A stretch of 64,000 nucleotides of DNA from Geosiphon pyriformis uo1 (GCA_016748015.1 JAAOMT010000602.1:124001-188000); one strand, 5' to 3'; positions 13,312 through 26,753 are shown, counted from the first letter of the stretch. The notes: generated from the letters alone by a model not told the origin. Program-made: numbers and translations.

Positions 13312-14126
13312 ATGGATAGATCCCGTCATGTAGCTGTCAATCGGCGATGGTGCAGAGCATTAATACCCCATTTTGTGGGAAAATCCATTCACCAATGAAA
13401 ATAATTGTTTATTTTTGCCCTCGAAAAAAAACGCCAAGTCTCAAGTTTTATTTCATTAATTTTTCCCTATCCAGCTTTTATTCGATCCCTTGATGTGGCA
13501 TATTTGAAAGAAATTCTAAATTTCTGGTGCTGGGTGAGGAAGCCATTGCAACAGGTTGACATCGAAAAATTTCATGAAAAAGCCAGAATTACTCACTTCG
13601 AAATCCAGTTTCTTTCAGAAGTTTATAATTGGAAAATCTTGGTTCGAATTTAAGGAGGATATTCTTGACTGGCTACGTACTGATGTGAAAACATGTTGCT
13701 TAAATTATAGCATGTGGTATTGAGAGGAATTGGATGTTGATAAATTTGGTAGTTTTTTTTAAAAAAAGATTATCTAAAAAAATTTTTATTTTCTTTTACG
13801 TTAGGTGAGCCTGGAAATTGACTTTGGTCCCTGGAATCCTCGAAATTTGTCAATTGAGAAGGTTTAAACTAAGTTGGGTCAGACTTTACGAAAGTGAACT
13901 TCTTGAAGGATTATCATTTAGTGCTGCCACCCTATCGACTTTTGAATTTTACCAAATCGATTTCTCTCATGCCAAGCCTTTACGTCTTTTACCAAGATTG
14001 AAAAGCATAAGATTTCTAAGCTGTATCAATTTGGAAGTAAAACATTTAAATCCAATTCCTCACGATCTTACCAAAATTTCACCTGAGTGGATATTTGCGG
14101 AATGTGATAGAGCTTTTGATTTTTAA
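13312..14126 (+). pseudogene. 5'-truncated, frameshifted F-box/LRR pseudogene, paralog of 17151-18359
   Basis: AVNRRWCRALIP/ILWENPF and FPYPAFIRSLD match VLVNSRWCAAAIPHLWSHPF and FDYPHFAQDLD. Same intron position (aatttg|gt...ttag|xxxLEID). Exon 2 LLEGLSFSAATLSTFEF..LPRLKSIRFLSCINL matches ILHGLYTNASTLTEIQF..LPNLKRLTFIECQNL. Several frameshifts. Confidence 0.8.
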
Positions 14127-14810
14127 AGATTAGTACTTCGGAACATCTTGAGTTTTCAAGGATCTTCTTGCTTATCGATACACTATGCGAACAAATATAC
14201 TCTGGCTTTTCAATATATGTTAAAATTCTTCACTACTGCCATTCATTCAAAATCCAAAACTTTCATTTCAACAAATTTTGTAAATATAAAATTGACGTCT
14301 AATGTGCCACGATATGTCTTTTCAACTGTTAATTTCAAATCCAAGTCTTTCATTTTCTATTAACTTCAAGATTTGTTTCAAGATATGTAATCAGAGGCGT
14401 TATGTGGAATTTTTTAATCGATATGGCATAATCAATGGTATCCAAGGGTGGTGGGAGAGTAAAAGGATATATTTATCGGGGTTTCAGCAAAAAAAGTCTC
14501 ATTCTATTTCAATAATCCTTTCCGTTTATAATTTGAGCGCAAACTTTTTTCACCATTTTACACTATGGTGAACTTGTAAAATCTTACTTTCCAAGGACAT
14601 GTTGAAAATTGAAGCTTCTACTTAAAAGTATCCTTTCAACCTAGCAATTGTTCTTTTCCAATTTTTTAATCTTTCTGGAAGGAAAATTTGGACAGCAATT
14701 AATTACCTTATGGAGACATATAAGCCGAATATATCAACAAGTAAAATGGTTCGATCGCATTTTCATAACTATTTTAATGATAATCAGACTGGTTTTTTTC
14801 GTGAGTAATA

Positions 14811-15875
14811 CAGTCAGTAGACAAAAAGATGGGGCATGCATGATTCTATTCGGTGTAGCACAATTCCAATTAAAGTTTTAGAAGAAATTTTATCATATTC
14901 TTCTTGTAATAAAATAATTAAAGTTTTATGTTGTTTTGTAATGGTTCCGTTTAAAAATGAGTCTTTCAAGTTTATTCTATAAGTGCTCGGTAGTATTAAG
15001 ATCGGGAGATTGGGATTGCCAGTTGGAAAGGATTTTGATTTTCTTTTCATTAATTCGATTTTTGGAGCATTATCATTCTGAAATAAATAAACTTTGCCAA
15101 AAAAATTTTGCAATAGGCTTTCTTCAAGAATTTTAATATTAACACCTATTCATTTTACCCTCAATTATAACTAATAGAAATATTTTTTTTCCTGAAAGTA
15201 ATTCCATACCATTACTCCATTACCACCATATTTCTCTTTGGTAAGAAATTTGTAATATTATAACGTTCACCAGAAATCGCTAAATACACTGAGAATCATC
15301 AGGACGAAGAATAGTAAATCGAGATTCATCGCTCCACGTAACAGTTGCCATTTTTTATAAACCAATTACCCAGTTTTATGCACCATTCCAATCGTTTTGA
15401 CGTTGAGTTTCATTTAAAGAGGTTTATTTGCACCAATTCGTGAATTCAGGCCGATTTCGTGTAAATTGCTTCGAATAGTTTTTGTTGATACATAAATGAC
15501 TTTCATTTCTTCAAAATGTTGTTGAATTTCGAAAGCAGTATTACGTGGATTACATCATAAGATTTCTTCAAGTATTATGGGTCAATATAGAAGGACGTCC
15601 ACTTTGTAAAAAATTTATTGTATTGTCATTTTTAAATATCGCTGAATTGTGTCATTAACAGTAGATTGAGAATTTGACTAGTTTTTCGCAGTCAGTAAGT
15701 TCATTTTACTAATTTATGTTTAATTATATAGCATACATTCTAGCAAAAACTTTTTACACCATGAATTTTAAAAATCATTAAAAATATAAATAAAACAAAT
15801 TTTTTTTAAATTTTATTTATTTATTTTAAATAATACCATTAAAATTTTTACCCAGTCATTTTTTTCTACCGACTG
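14811..15875 (-). mobile_element. Tc1/mariner (Tc1-type) DNA transposon, decayed, with TIRs and TA target duplication
   Basis: Ends are TA|CAGTCAGTAGACAAAAAG at 14811 and, on the reverse strand, TA|CAGTCGGTAGAAAAAAATG at 15875. Minus-strand fragments: SGRPSIL, VSTKTIRSNLHEIGL, RLEWC, WSDESRF, FQNDNAP, WQSQSPDLNTTEHL. Confidence 0.9.
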
Positions 15876-17150
15876 TATGGTCACAAAACAATAATCTTGA
15901 GAAATGGGGGGGAGGGATCATGCTTTTAACACCATCCTTTATTTTTATACTATTCGAATAAGCATGTTTTGATTTCACCTAAATAGAGATGCTTTTGTTT
16001 TTATTGAGAAATCACATTTTCCGGGAATTAACTCTAATTAGAAACGTGACATACATTATTTTTAATATGATAAAATCCATTTTCTAAATCAATTATATGT
16101 ATACTTGATGATATTTTACTTCTTTTTGAAAATTTTCAAATTGCTTCAAAAATATCGATAAAATTTTTGACATTTATAGGATATCAATTTCAAAAAAAAA
16201 TGCTGCCGAGTTCATCCAATTTATGTGGTTACCACCAATTTGAATCTGTTAAAAGTACTCCACTGAATCATATTCTAGCTTTTCAAGCTTTAGATCACAG
16301 GTTTGATTAGGAATTCTTTCATCAGGCAATTTTGTGTTACTATAGCTTTAAAGTCAACAAAAATTTTTCTTTCCAAAATCTTCGTTTGAAGTTTTTACTT
16401 ACCCTCCACTATTTATAAATCTGGCTAAAATTCTAGGGGACAGTCATTCAGCTGAAAAACGATCTTTTGCTGAAATTTTCACGCCAAACAATGATTTTTG
16501 CCTTTTTACGCCCCGAGAAAACTCAATCTCATTCAACCACCTCGTGAGGAAAAAACAGAAAATATTGCAACTCTATCATTATATCGCGTAAAAGGACACT
16601 ATCCTCGTCGATCTCTAGGATGTTGATCAAGAACATCCTTTAGGACAGGATTTAAGAAGTTATAAATAGTTGTTGAATTCTGTTAACCAATTGATTAGTC
16701 ACGAAGCCCGAATTATTATTCCTTTTTATACATCCGGTATCATTCAGGATGAAGGGAACAATATTTCGTCGCCGAGGTGGGGTTTTTGGTTTCAGTATCA
16801 TTTCTATTATCCTCACTAAATTTTTTAGCATTGTCCTACAGATCTTCTCATTACATGAATGTTTTGTTTAATAAAAGACCCTTGTTAAAAACCAATCGGG
16901 GTACAAATGGCTGTCGTCCGACTTTTTACTGTTACTTTCGTTGTTGACGACTGGGTACACAGCAGATGGCATCTGAACAGAGTTACAATATAATCGATAA
17001 TTACCTTTTCTGTTATTTGCTGATCTCCTTTCCAGTTAGACCAGCATACGGCGGCAATTTATAATTGGTATCGGGACTCTTTAACTTTCATTTCACTTTG
17101 TAAATTTCTTTCTCATTATTTCAAATTTTAAACTTCTAACTTTAACTTCC

Positions 17151-18359
17151 ATGGCAGCAGCAGCATCATTACCAGCTGAAATTTACGACCAAATCTTCCA
17201 AAACTTTCTTCCAACTCACACTCATGGTCCATTCTCAACACAAAACCTCTACTCTAGCGTACTGGTAAATAGTCGCTGGTGTGCGGCAGCGATTCCACAC
17301 CTATGGAGCCACCCGTTTAGCGCTCGTCATTCCATAAAACAACGAAGCAAAATTATCGATGTATACGTTTCTTTTCTTTCCAGGTCTGAAGGTCGTGATA
17401 TTTTTTCGTTTCCTAAAAAACTTACCTTGATGGTTCGCCAAATTTGTTCGACGAAAACCAAACCACCACTTTTCGATTATCCTCATTTCGCCCAAGATTT
17501 GGATTTGGACGGGTTTTTTGAAATTATATTATGCTGGTGTTATTTGAAATGTCGTCCTGATCGTGCTTGGAAGTTGGTTATTGCAATGATGAAGTTGTTC
17601 TATACCCATAAAGCGACGTTTGAGAGGGTGACCGGGTCCTTACATTTAGATAATTCCAGAGAATTTTTAAAGATTTTTATTGATACACCTGGGCTCTCAG
17701 AATGGATTTCATCGGTTCGAGAGTGTCGATTGGTATGCGAGGAAAGGATGAACGGAGTGGAAAATCAACCATCCCTTGCTGATTTATCTTGTAATTTGGT
17801 AAGCCATTTTTCGAGAGAGAGTCGAATATTGGAACTGATTTATTTTCAATATTGCATAAAGTTTTAAAAATATTATTATTTTGCCTTATTTTAGACCTGC
17901 CTAGAAATAGACATGTCAATCACAAACACGCAAGATCCATCTGCGAATGCCGAAATCATAACACGAACTTTGAAATACACCAAAGGACTTAAAACAATCA
18001 AGATAAAAGGCCAACCAGGCAACATAAATTCTATTTTACACGGTCTTTACACAAATGCTTCAACATTGACCGAGATCCAATTTATTAAGACAAACTTTGA
18101 TTTTGATGGTCCTTTACCTCATCTCAAAGAATTACCCAATTTGAAGCGATTGACGTTTATTGAGTGTCAGAATTTGACTGTTCAGCTTGTGGAACCTTTG
18201 TTTCTGGTAAATGAGCAGGATGAAGTGGATCATGAGGCACCTCGTGTTATGTTAGTTGGGTGTCATTTCGATGGAGAAAGGGGGAAAAGTGATTCCGGTT
18301 TCGTTTCTTGGCATGACAGTCTTACCAATAGTTGGAGTGTGGAAAAGGAACAAATTTAG
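17151..18359 (+). CDS. F-box/LRR (RNI-like) protein, 2 exons, ~370 aa
   Basis: Exons 17151-17798 and 17895-18359 join in frame. F-box motif LPAEIYDQIF..LYSSVLVNSRWCAAAIPHLWSHPF, then PLFDYPHF and LRR-like LPNLKRLTFIECQNL. Confidence 0.88.
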
Positions 18360-18425
18360 TGAATCCTGTTTCGTTTCTTGGCATAAAGTCTTGCCAATAG
18401 TTGGATGTGGAAAAGTTGTAAATTT
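18290..18425 (+). repeat. ~70-bp imperfect tandem duplication spanning the F-box stop codon
   Basis: gattccggtttcgtttcttggcatgacagtcttaccaatagttgga... is repeated as gaatcctgtttcgtttcttggcataaagtcttgccaatagttgga... Confidence 0.85.
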
Positions 18426-20448
18426 TTTTAATCAAAGGAAATAAGTTTTATAGTAAGCTTTTAGATCTTTCAAAAGAAAAATTGGTTCTTGTATTATATT
18501 TGCTTAGGATGTTTTAGTAATTTCTGAACAAAAAATTATATATTAATATTTTATTTCGAATTTTCCCAGATTCAAAGCGGATAGGTTATTTGGAAAATTT
18601 AATTTGTTGCCTATTAAATTAATTACATATCTTAAAGGCTAATATATATGGTTGCGATAATAATATGTAAATGTATTTGTAAAAATGACATTTTTTTTCG
18701 AAAATTTTTTTATTTCCTTGAATTAAGATAAATGAAAATTTCAATGCAAAATAATAATTCCTCAAAATTCAAACTTTTTACCCAAATTGTTTTAATAAAG
18801 AAACATTGCTTATTTGTTAAAGACTTGATTACAATCGAATCTAATGATATTGAAAACAATCAGAAAATTATTTCATGATTTATATGTCTGAGAAGTAATT
18901 ATTTCTTAAAATTCTTTCGAATAAACTTTGCACCCGATACTTGTGATAAAATTTTAAAGGCTACTGTTCATTCATCTGCCTTGTAAAGAAATTTCAGATG
19001 TACGATTAAAACGCAAAGAATCTCATATGGTAAGAAAAAAAATTCATTCTAACCTTTGTTAATATTAAAAGTTCAAGATTTTTCTAATAATCGTTTTTGG
19101 GATCTCATTAGCCCATGAAGTTAGTTAAAATTTCTATTAAAAACTCATTTTTTGACTGAATGAAGAAAATCTTTCTCAAAAATTAGTACATGCTTACATG
19201 AATTATTATTTATTGAATTGACTCGTTATTTTGAGTTTCAAGAATACAAAATGTATGAAAAACTTATTATGCAATACTCTGAAAGTTATACAACAGTTGC
19301 TAAAGGCAAAACGATTGGCATAAAAAGTAATTCAAGTCAATTCACAATTTGAAGTAACCTTGTTTTGGAATAGTTCTTTGCAAAATAGACTGAAACCTGA
19401 TGCTGAAACCATTTATGCAATTAATGACTAGTTACATGGTTTGGATCGTTACTAATAGTTATCATGTCTCATTTTGCTAAATAAGTTGCTGATAAATTAT
19501 TCAACCACTAAAGGGCAAGGAGAATGTTAAGACTATTCGAGAGTTACAATGGTTCACCAAACTGGGAAAATCAGATACCGCATGACCGAGTAATAATATT
19601 TCTATACTTTATCTTTCACACTTAAAACTATTGGTTCTATAAATTTTAGGCTATGACTAAGTAGATGATCGTTTTAATTTTTTCAGAATTGTAAATTTCC
19701 GAAAAAATATATATGTTATTCATTCATTAATAAGCACAAAATGGGTAAAATTATGAAGTTTATAAAGAGTATTGAGTCTTGGACTGAAATACTGATTGAT
19801 TTCGTCAAATTTATTGAATTAATAGAACAATTATATATATTATAATTTTGATTTTGTAAAGCATACAAGAAAAAATTCGACAACAGAGAATTGAGGAAAA
19901 TTGTTTAAAAATAATATTTTTAGGCAAAAGCATTAAATAACCAGTAATTTAACATATGAACTAAATAAGAAATTAACAATATTTATAATTTGGAAAACAG
20001 CTATTGAATTAAAAAGGTGTTTTTTTGTGTAATAATAATGCAAGGTGATGATTATTATTCGAGAATTTTTTATTGTGTGACATGCAATAAAAATTGACAA
20101 TCTAAAAAAGTTCTTTCAAGCCTAGAATTTCAATGGCAAAGTTAATTCAAAAAAATTAAAGCATCCAATTAAATCGTAAAATTTAATCATTTAATATCTT
20201 TAAAGATATAATTCTTTCATTCATTGCTTTACCAATCTCTCAAGAAAAAATGTTGTGAAAAATGGACTATTTATGATGTACTTGTAAATTAGGGTTTGCC
20301 CTTACTATAGATGGATAAATTAAATTGGATTTTGAATGAACTTTAAAGTTGGTAATATTCATTTATGGCACAAGGATGCACAGTATGGTAATAATAGGAC
20401 TCTAAATTCTGATGTGATCCATAGTTTCAGCTTAAACTTGTATAGAAA

Positions 20449-20483
20449 GGGAGGGGGAGGGGGAGGGGAAGGGGGAGGGGGGG
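20449..20483 (+). other. G-rich tract, potential G-quadruplex
   Basis: ggagggggagggggaggggaagggggagggggg: five G-runs of 4 or more in an AT-rich background. Confidence 0.6.
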
Positions 20484-22244
20484 TTTGAAGATAAACGAAA
20501 TTTCTTTCAGTGCTTTTATTTAAGGGGTGCGAATAATATCACACCCACGGTATTATTGAAATGAGCCGCTAATATGATTCCTTGTCAACGCTTTCAATAA
20601 AAGTATTAATCAGATAAAGTTTTCGCAACTATATGAACCCAATCTTTAGGTTTTCATCTATTTGGTCAAATCAAAGTTTTTTAAGATAATCTTATTAAGT
20701 AAAAAGGGTAGTTTAATTTGATTTTCGATAAAATATGAAAATAGTTGCCTGAACAAGAGAAACTTTCTAAGATAGTTTTATTCGGATATTCTTACCAGGG
20801 AAACTTATTTCAAGGTTTTTGGTTTGGTTATTGAATTCTTTAGGCAAAAATTAATTTTGATCGATCTTTTAAAATGGAAAACCTTTTTTTTTTTAAATTT
20901 TAAATGAATAACTTTTTTCTATATTCTTATTCTCAATATCAACAAATTCTTAACTTTTAAGCTTGATTCATTTTATTTAAAGAAATTTTTTATGTATGAA
21001 ATCCAAAGAAAATAATGGATTTTCTTCTGTAATTTTTCTTATTTTATCGATCAAAAAATTTTTCTAACAAGGGACAATGAATATTTATATAAACACCATT
21101 AAAAAACGAGATAAATATTTCAAGAATTGCTGCTTAAAAAACTTTATCTTATTATTACAATTTCGAGCAAACTGAAACTTTTTTGACTGATTTAAACTAC
21201 TCTTTTTTGACATTAGATTCCTAAACAGGAAGAGAATCGATGGTCACGAGATTTTCTCTGGTATATCAGCCTCATGCCTTGATGCCTTGATGCCATGAAT
21301 TTCAATATATTTTGCAAATTTCTCCAAGATATTTTTATTCGAAAATTGTTATTGAAGTTTCCCAGACGTCTGTAGGCTAGTTTTATATCGGATTCAATGG
21401 TAGTCTGCTTTTCGAAGAAAAGACTTTTTCACTTGGTTTATGAGGCTAAACCGTTTTTTCTTAATATGCGGCGTGATTTTTCTATTGCAAAATTAATTCC
21501 CTCGTCGATTCAAAGACTTGAGTGGCAGTTGAAGATTCATATCAACCTAAAAATGATTCTGGTTTATGCTCAAAGCTTCCCATCTCTTTTTTGATTTGCG
21601 TATTTGTACCATCAAAAATTGACCAAAATTTTTTAGGGAAAACTTTCCGAATTTTATAATTTACTTTGATATGATTATGTATACGGGATCTTGGATTTGC
21701 AAATTTTTCACTATTTTGTGTTGTGCCATGATGATAGCTTCTAATATATATTATAATTGACAACATACCTTCATTAGTTCTGAAGTCTTTTTTTGAATAA
21801 ATCTATCTTTGCCCTTGCAAGATGTCAAAGTAAAAAAAAAACGAATTTAACCAAGTAATCCTTTTCTTTCATGAGTTAATATAACTCTAAATTGCAAAAT
21901 GATTCATCTTTATAGGAGATACGCGTCTTTTGCTGTAATTAAATCCCGATATTTGATCTTATGTCAACAAATGATCCTCTGAGGAGTGTATTTTTTATTA
22001 TGATGTTTTGGGAGATTTTATCATCAGAAGTTATGCTTTTGGAAAATAAAAACCTCTTAAATAGTTAAGGTACCATTCTTGCATGCAGATAATTAAATAG
22101 ATTGAATTTTTTATAAATCAGTTTTCTCTTAAAATTTTTCAAAGACAATGGTTAAAAATGGCTAGTAGATTTTAAAACCTTTGATCAAATTGTCAATATT
22201 ACCCCTTTGGATTAATTCGCTATTTTCTTGAAACTCTCTTTTCA

Positions 22245-23102
22245 ATGTTTCAAAAAGTTTTATTTTGCTTGATTTCTCTTTGCGTCTATCTTATATGTGT
22301 GGCCGTCATTTCAGGGGATCAAAACCTTCCACCAATTAGTTTCAAATTAATTCCGGTTGAAGACCAAGATCCCTTACTAACAGATAAGGATGTGGTTAAG
22401 GTCAGCCTTGAAGATTTTCTCGAAAATTCTTCCAACATCCTTGGTCTTTCAAAAGGTCAAGTATCACAAGAATATATTCGAGAGGAGGTTGAGAAGTTAT
22501 TCAAAAGTATTAAAGGTCAGGAAAAAACGCAACAAACAATTCAAACAAAACCTCAAATTCTCCTTCCACAACAATGGCATCATAAAATTGCACATTTTCC
22601 ATCTCGCAAGAAATTTAATATGACGATTGCTCGTAAGGAACCTTGCTCTCATGGAAGGGTTTATCGATTCGGTTTAACTCATTTGGATGGAGAAAATGAC
22701 CCTTTAGATGTCGACTTTATTGTTCCTTTTAGTCAATATAAAAAGTATGGAAAAGATAAGGGAGTTCTCAAAAATGAAACTCAATACGAGCTGTTGAATT
22801 TTTTATTTGATCAATTGGGAGCGAGAAGATTTGTCAGTAATGATCAATTAGGTCATAAACTATTTAACCTTTTGTACAAAGCTTCAGAGGAAATCAAATC
22901 CCTTCTTTCAAGTAAGCAATCTAGCTTAATTTACGAATTCGCCCTCTTACCTTCAAAAGATCGATATACTATCAAGATCAACCATAGAAGTGATTCGTAT
23001 AAACATTGGGGCAATGTCTATGACATTTTTTTGAAAAGAAAAACCCAAGCACAGGGATACGAATTAGAATTTATGATTGTTAACCCTTTTCCTCATGTAT
23101 AA
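22245..23102 (+). CDS. Secreted protein with internally duplicated unknown domain (285 aa); paralog of 31863-32687
   Basis: Hydrophobic N-terminal signal peptide, intronless ORF. Two copies of a (L/F)PS..(Y/F).I.I.....G(R/N)VY......F.(I)V.PF motif. Confidence 0.85.
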   Translation: MFQKVLFCLISLCVYLICVAVISGDQNLPPISFKLIPVEDQDPLLTDKDVVKVSLEDFLENSSNILGLSKGQVSQEYIREEVEKLFKSIKGQEKTQQTIQTKPQILLPQQWHHKIAHFPSRKKFNMTIARKEPCSHGRVYRFGLTHLDGENDPLDVDFIVPFSQYKKYGKDKGVLKNETQYELLNFLFDQLGARRFVSNDQLGHKLFNLLYKASEEIKSLLSSKQSSLIYEFALLPSKDRYTIKINHRSDSYKHWGNVYDIFLKRKTQAQGYELEFMIVNPFPHV

Positions 23103-24623
23103 GAAATTATGATCCTGAACTAGATTAAAAAAAAGGAAAGCATATGATGAGATGAAAAATCTTATTTTTTACATTATTTTTGTTTTCCAAAAGAAACAAC
23201 CTTATTTTTTGATTACGTTGACATGGTTGAAAATTATTATTTTACAAATGATTAAATACCTAACTCAAAATATGGTTTTCATTAAACGAAAAAATGAGAA
23301 AGAAAGTAAAAATTTGTTTTATCAGTCATATAAGACGGGAGTGTAATTTCCGATATCAAGCACTGAATCATCTTTTAGAAAATCAATTTCTAAAACCGTA
23401 TAACAAAATGTCACGATATAATAAGCGATAATAATAATGATGATGATGATGATAATGATGATGATAATAATAATGTAATTCCCGAATTTCCTCAAAACTC
23501 AAAAAGCGAGTCTTTGGTTTTCTCACTACTCCTTTTAAATTTATTAAGCACTGGTACTAAAGCAGTGTCAAAAAAAACTGGTGTTTGACTAAGTGAGTTG
23601 GAATATTACATTTTTGGTTGAGCAATTTGACTCTTTTAATTTCTAAGCAAGTTTATTATTAAAAGCATATGCTAATGAAACAATTTCTTCGTTTAAAAAA
23701 GGATCTTGGTAAAATTAAAGCCTTTTCATAAAATTGCGAACACTCAACTTAATTGGTTCGTCCATCATTATTAAATTTATATGCTTAATATACAAATCTA
23801 CTTTCTTTTGTAAATCTCGATAAGAAAAAATATAAAGCACCAAAAACCAAATATAAAATTGAAAGGAGGATCTCTCTTATCAGGAAAAGTATGCCCGTTA
23901 CTTTAAACAAAATAGGTAAGAAATTGGTCAATTCCAAAAAAAAACCTTCTTTACTAAATTTATACCATAAGTAAAATTAAAATGGTTCAATTTTTCAGCC
24001 ATTATAAAATTACTGCTTTGATTTAGCCCAAGAAGCCATTTCTAGTTAGATGAATCTCTAAATTTTGTAAAGTTAAAAATTTTTATACATGTATCAGGGC
24101 TTATAGCAGTATTACCTATTTCCTGGATTAAATTCACATGAAATTTTCTTTTTTCAGAAGAATCTTGTATCTTTAACTTGAAAATTTCCCCTTTTTCTTT
24201 ACAAAATTAAAATTCAATAAATAGAATAAAATAAAAGTTTAAAAATTTATTTAATTAGCTTTTAAATACCGTTTTTTATGACCTATTTTACTGGTGTATT
24301 TTATTTTCAGTTTTTTACATAGGTTTATGCTACTTTTTTCCTCTCAAACTTTTTCTCCCATAATTTGAAAAGTGTGCTAGAAAAGATCAAACATCTTGCT
24401 ACTAATATTTATTTTGAAGTATATATAAAGATTTATTACTAAAAGGCATATATATTATGCCCATTTTTTTATATTATCATGTCATATATGATTAAATTTT
24501 TGGAAAAATGTAATTAATGCAATAGAAATTGAAATGCAAAATGAAATGAATTCGATGCAAAATTATGAAGTTAAAAAGATAAAATATCCGAAACAATAAT
24601 ATACAAACGTTTACAATAAAAAA

Positions 24624-25274
24624 TTAACGCTTAATTGAATCATAAATTGACTTGCCAACAGCCCATCCTAGACCCATTAAAAGAGCAGAAAATAGAATCC
24701 ATTCAACCAAGTTCGCTGGCAAAATCTCATAGCATCCTGTAGGCTCTTCATCTGTGTCAACAAGCAAGTTATCTCCATCTTCCTGATCCGTAAAAGTTGA
24801 CCGAGACCCAACCGAATCATCTATGTTTATAGAAATATCATGGCTATGGTTGTTTGATTTAATTCTAGCAACAGCAGGTTTAGAAATTGAATTCTTTTCA
24901 ATATGATAATTTTCGATTGCTAAATCTAAATCTAAATAGCGTGCGTTTCTCCTTAATATCTTTCGCTTTCCATAATTTTTTTTCAAGAATTGTTCGACAA
25001 AAAATCGTAAAGGATCTAATAACTGTTTTGCCTCCTCTCTGTATGATTTCACTTCATCAGGTGTATTAGGTGAAAAACGGAATCTAACTCGATGAGAGTG
25101 TAAAAGGTTTGGTACGGTTTTTTTAAATGCTTCAAGAATTTCTTCGATACGAAATGCGTTGTTTGGTTTGATGATTATGGAGATTAGAATTGATTCAGGA
25201 GAGTCTGAATCTTTTGGTTCTAGCTCGACTTCACAGTTGAGTTGTTGGCTAAGAAAACTCGCTTCTTTTTCCAT
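24624..25274 (-). CDS. Hypothetical protein with C-terminal transmembrane helix (tail-anchored-like), 216 aa
   Basis: Intact ORF with coding-like composition. C-terminus is LVEWILFSALLMGLGWAVGKSIYDSIKR. Confidence 0.7.
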   Translation of the reverse strand: MEKEASFLSQQLNCEVELEPKDSDSPESILISIIIKPNNAFRIEEILEAFKKTVPNLLHSHRVRFRFSPNTPDEVKSYREEAKQLLDPLRFFVEQFLKKNYGKRKILRRNARYLDLDLAIENYHIEKNSISKPAVARIKSNNHSHDISINIDDSVGSRSTFTDQEDGDNLLVDTDEEPTGCYEILPANLVEWILFSALLMGLGWAVGKSIYDSIKR

Positions 25275-25626
25275 TTAGTAAGGAGTTCAACTGTTATATT
25301 GGCTTCGTAATAAATTTTTTCGAAGTTAAAACTGAAAAGACTTGAATTTTTTTTTTCGAAATCAAATGTATTCATTTAAACCTTTTATGAGATGAAGAGT
25401 ATAGAAAAATTGCTAATCTGGAAAGTCTATGTTCGAACCCTTATAAAGAAAAATAGAGTTCAAACCAAATACCAAAAATCTTTTATTGTCTCATTTGCAC
25501 TTTCCAATTTAACAACATTGGACCTATAATTGGGTAGAAGAAAAACTTTTTATACCAATTTTCTTATACACTTTGAGTACCCGTCATTGTGATCTAAAAA
25601 GGCATGAACTGCATTGCCTTGCACTA

Positions 25627-25690
25627 CCTCACTTTTTTTTTGATAATTTAATTGCCGTTCCTCACTCTTTTTTGATAATTTAATTACCGT
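25627..25690. repeat. Two-unit ~32-bp direct repeat
   Basis: cctcactttttttttgataatttaattgccgtt / cctcactcttttttgataatttaattaccgtt. Confidence 0.8.
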
Positions 25691-26689
25691 TTTAGGATAA
25701 CAGGATTGACATCAGTGAATTTAAAAAAATTGGGAGGGAAACCTGTAATCAATTAGATCATTAATATCGAGGAACTGACACGTTTTACGAAAAATCAATC
25801 AATTAAAACTAATTAATCAAAAATTCCGTAAATAATTATTCGCAATTAAATAGAGTGGTGTATGAAATTAAAGAATCTTTCGTATTCTTATTACTCATCA
25901 ATTGAGAGCTCATTATTTAAAAATCTCAATTAAAAATATAGCCGAGGATCTGTGATTTGGTATTTTAATTCTGAAAAGCTTTGCTTGGAGCATTATTTTA
26001 CAAAAAATTGTGACTACGTTTTAATAAGGTTTTCCACATTTTAAAAATCGTTGAATTTGGAAAAGTACTATTTAGCTTCAATTCTCATCCAACTGATTAT
26101 AAAAAAGAATTGAAGACTGATCAAACGAATTTTACATTGGATATTAACTTAAAATATTCTTTTTAGCTTTTAATTAATGATAAAATATTTTTACGTGAAT
26201 CTTTAAAAACGTCATTTTAAAACTATTGCAACGGACAAGATCAATTTCTCATGCCATTTAACCTTTTTTTATAAAAATTCACTTTCACTTTTTTTTTAAA
26301 GAAAAAGTGAAAACAAGCCATTTTTTAAATTCCAAATGACGTTATAACTTCTGCTTACCTCTATCTCTTGTACTAATTCCTCAGTAATTGAATGGTGAGC
26401 AGTGATTATCTGTTCATTTTTGCAAAGTATAGACTCTTTTTCACATTTACTCTAATAAAATATTAAAATTTTAACACATATGTTACATGAAGTGATCTTT
26501 AATCAAAAATGAAGTCGTATAATCTATTTGTAATAAAATGAATTTATATATTTTTACCAATAATCAAAGAAAAAATCTTTTTAAAAAGAAACAGTTTATT
26601 AATTTTCCTTGTTTTCGTAAAACCAATAAAAATTATTATTTATTTCCATGATGAAATATTTTTTTGACCATTTAAATCAGATATAAATA

Positions 26690-26694
<5 letters not shown>

Positions 26695-26752
<58 letters not shown>
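26695..26752. repeat. (AAT)n microsatellite
   Basis: Perfect AAT run. Confidence 0.95.

Positions 26753-26753
<1 letters not shown>

Noticed and set aside
14130-14800. Possible metallophosphoesterase remnant on the minus strand (ILLLSHHP)
   Set aside because: A single short motif among many stops; not enough support.
21240-21800. DnaJ-like fragment (SDIKLAYRRL) on the minus strand
   Set aside because: No HPD motif or continuous frame.
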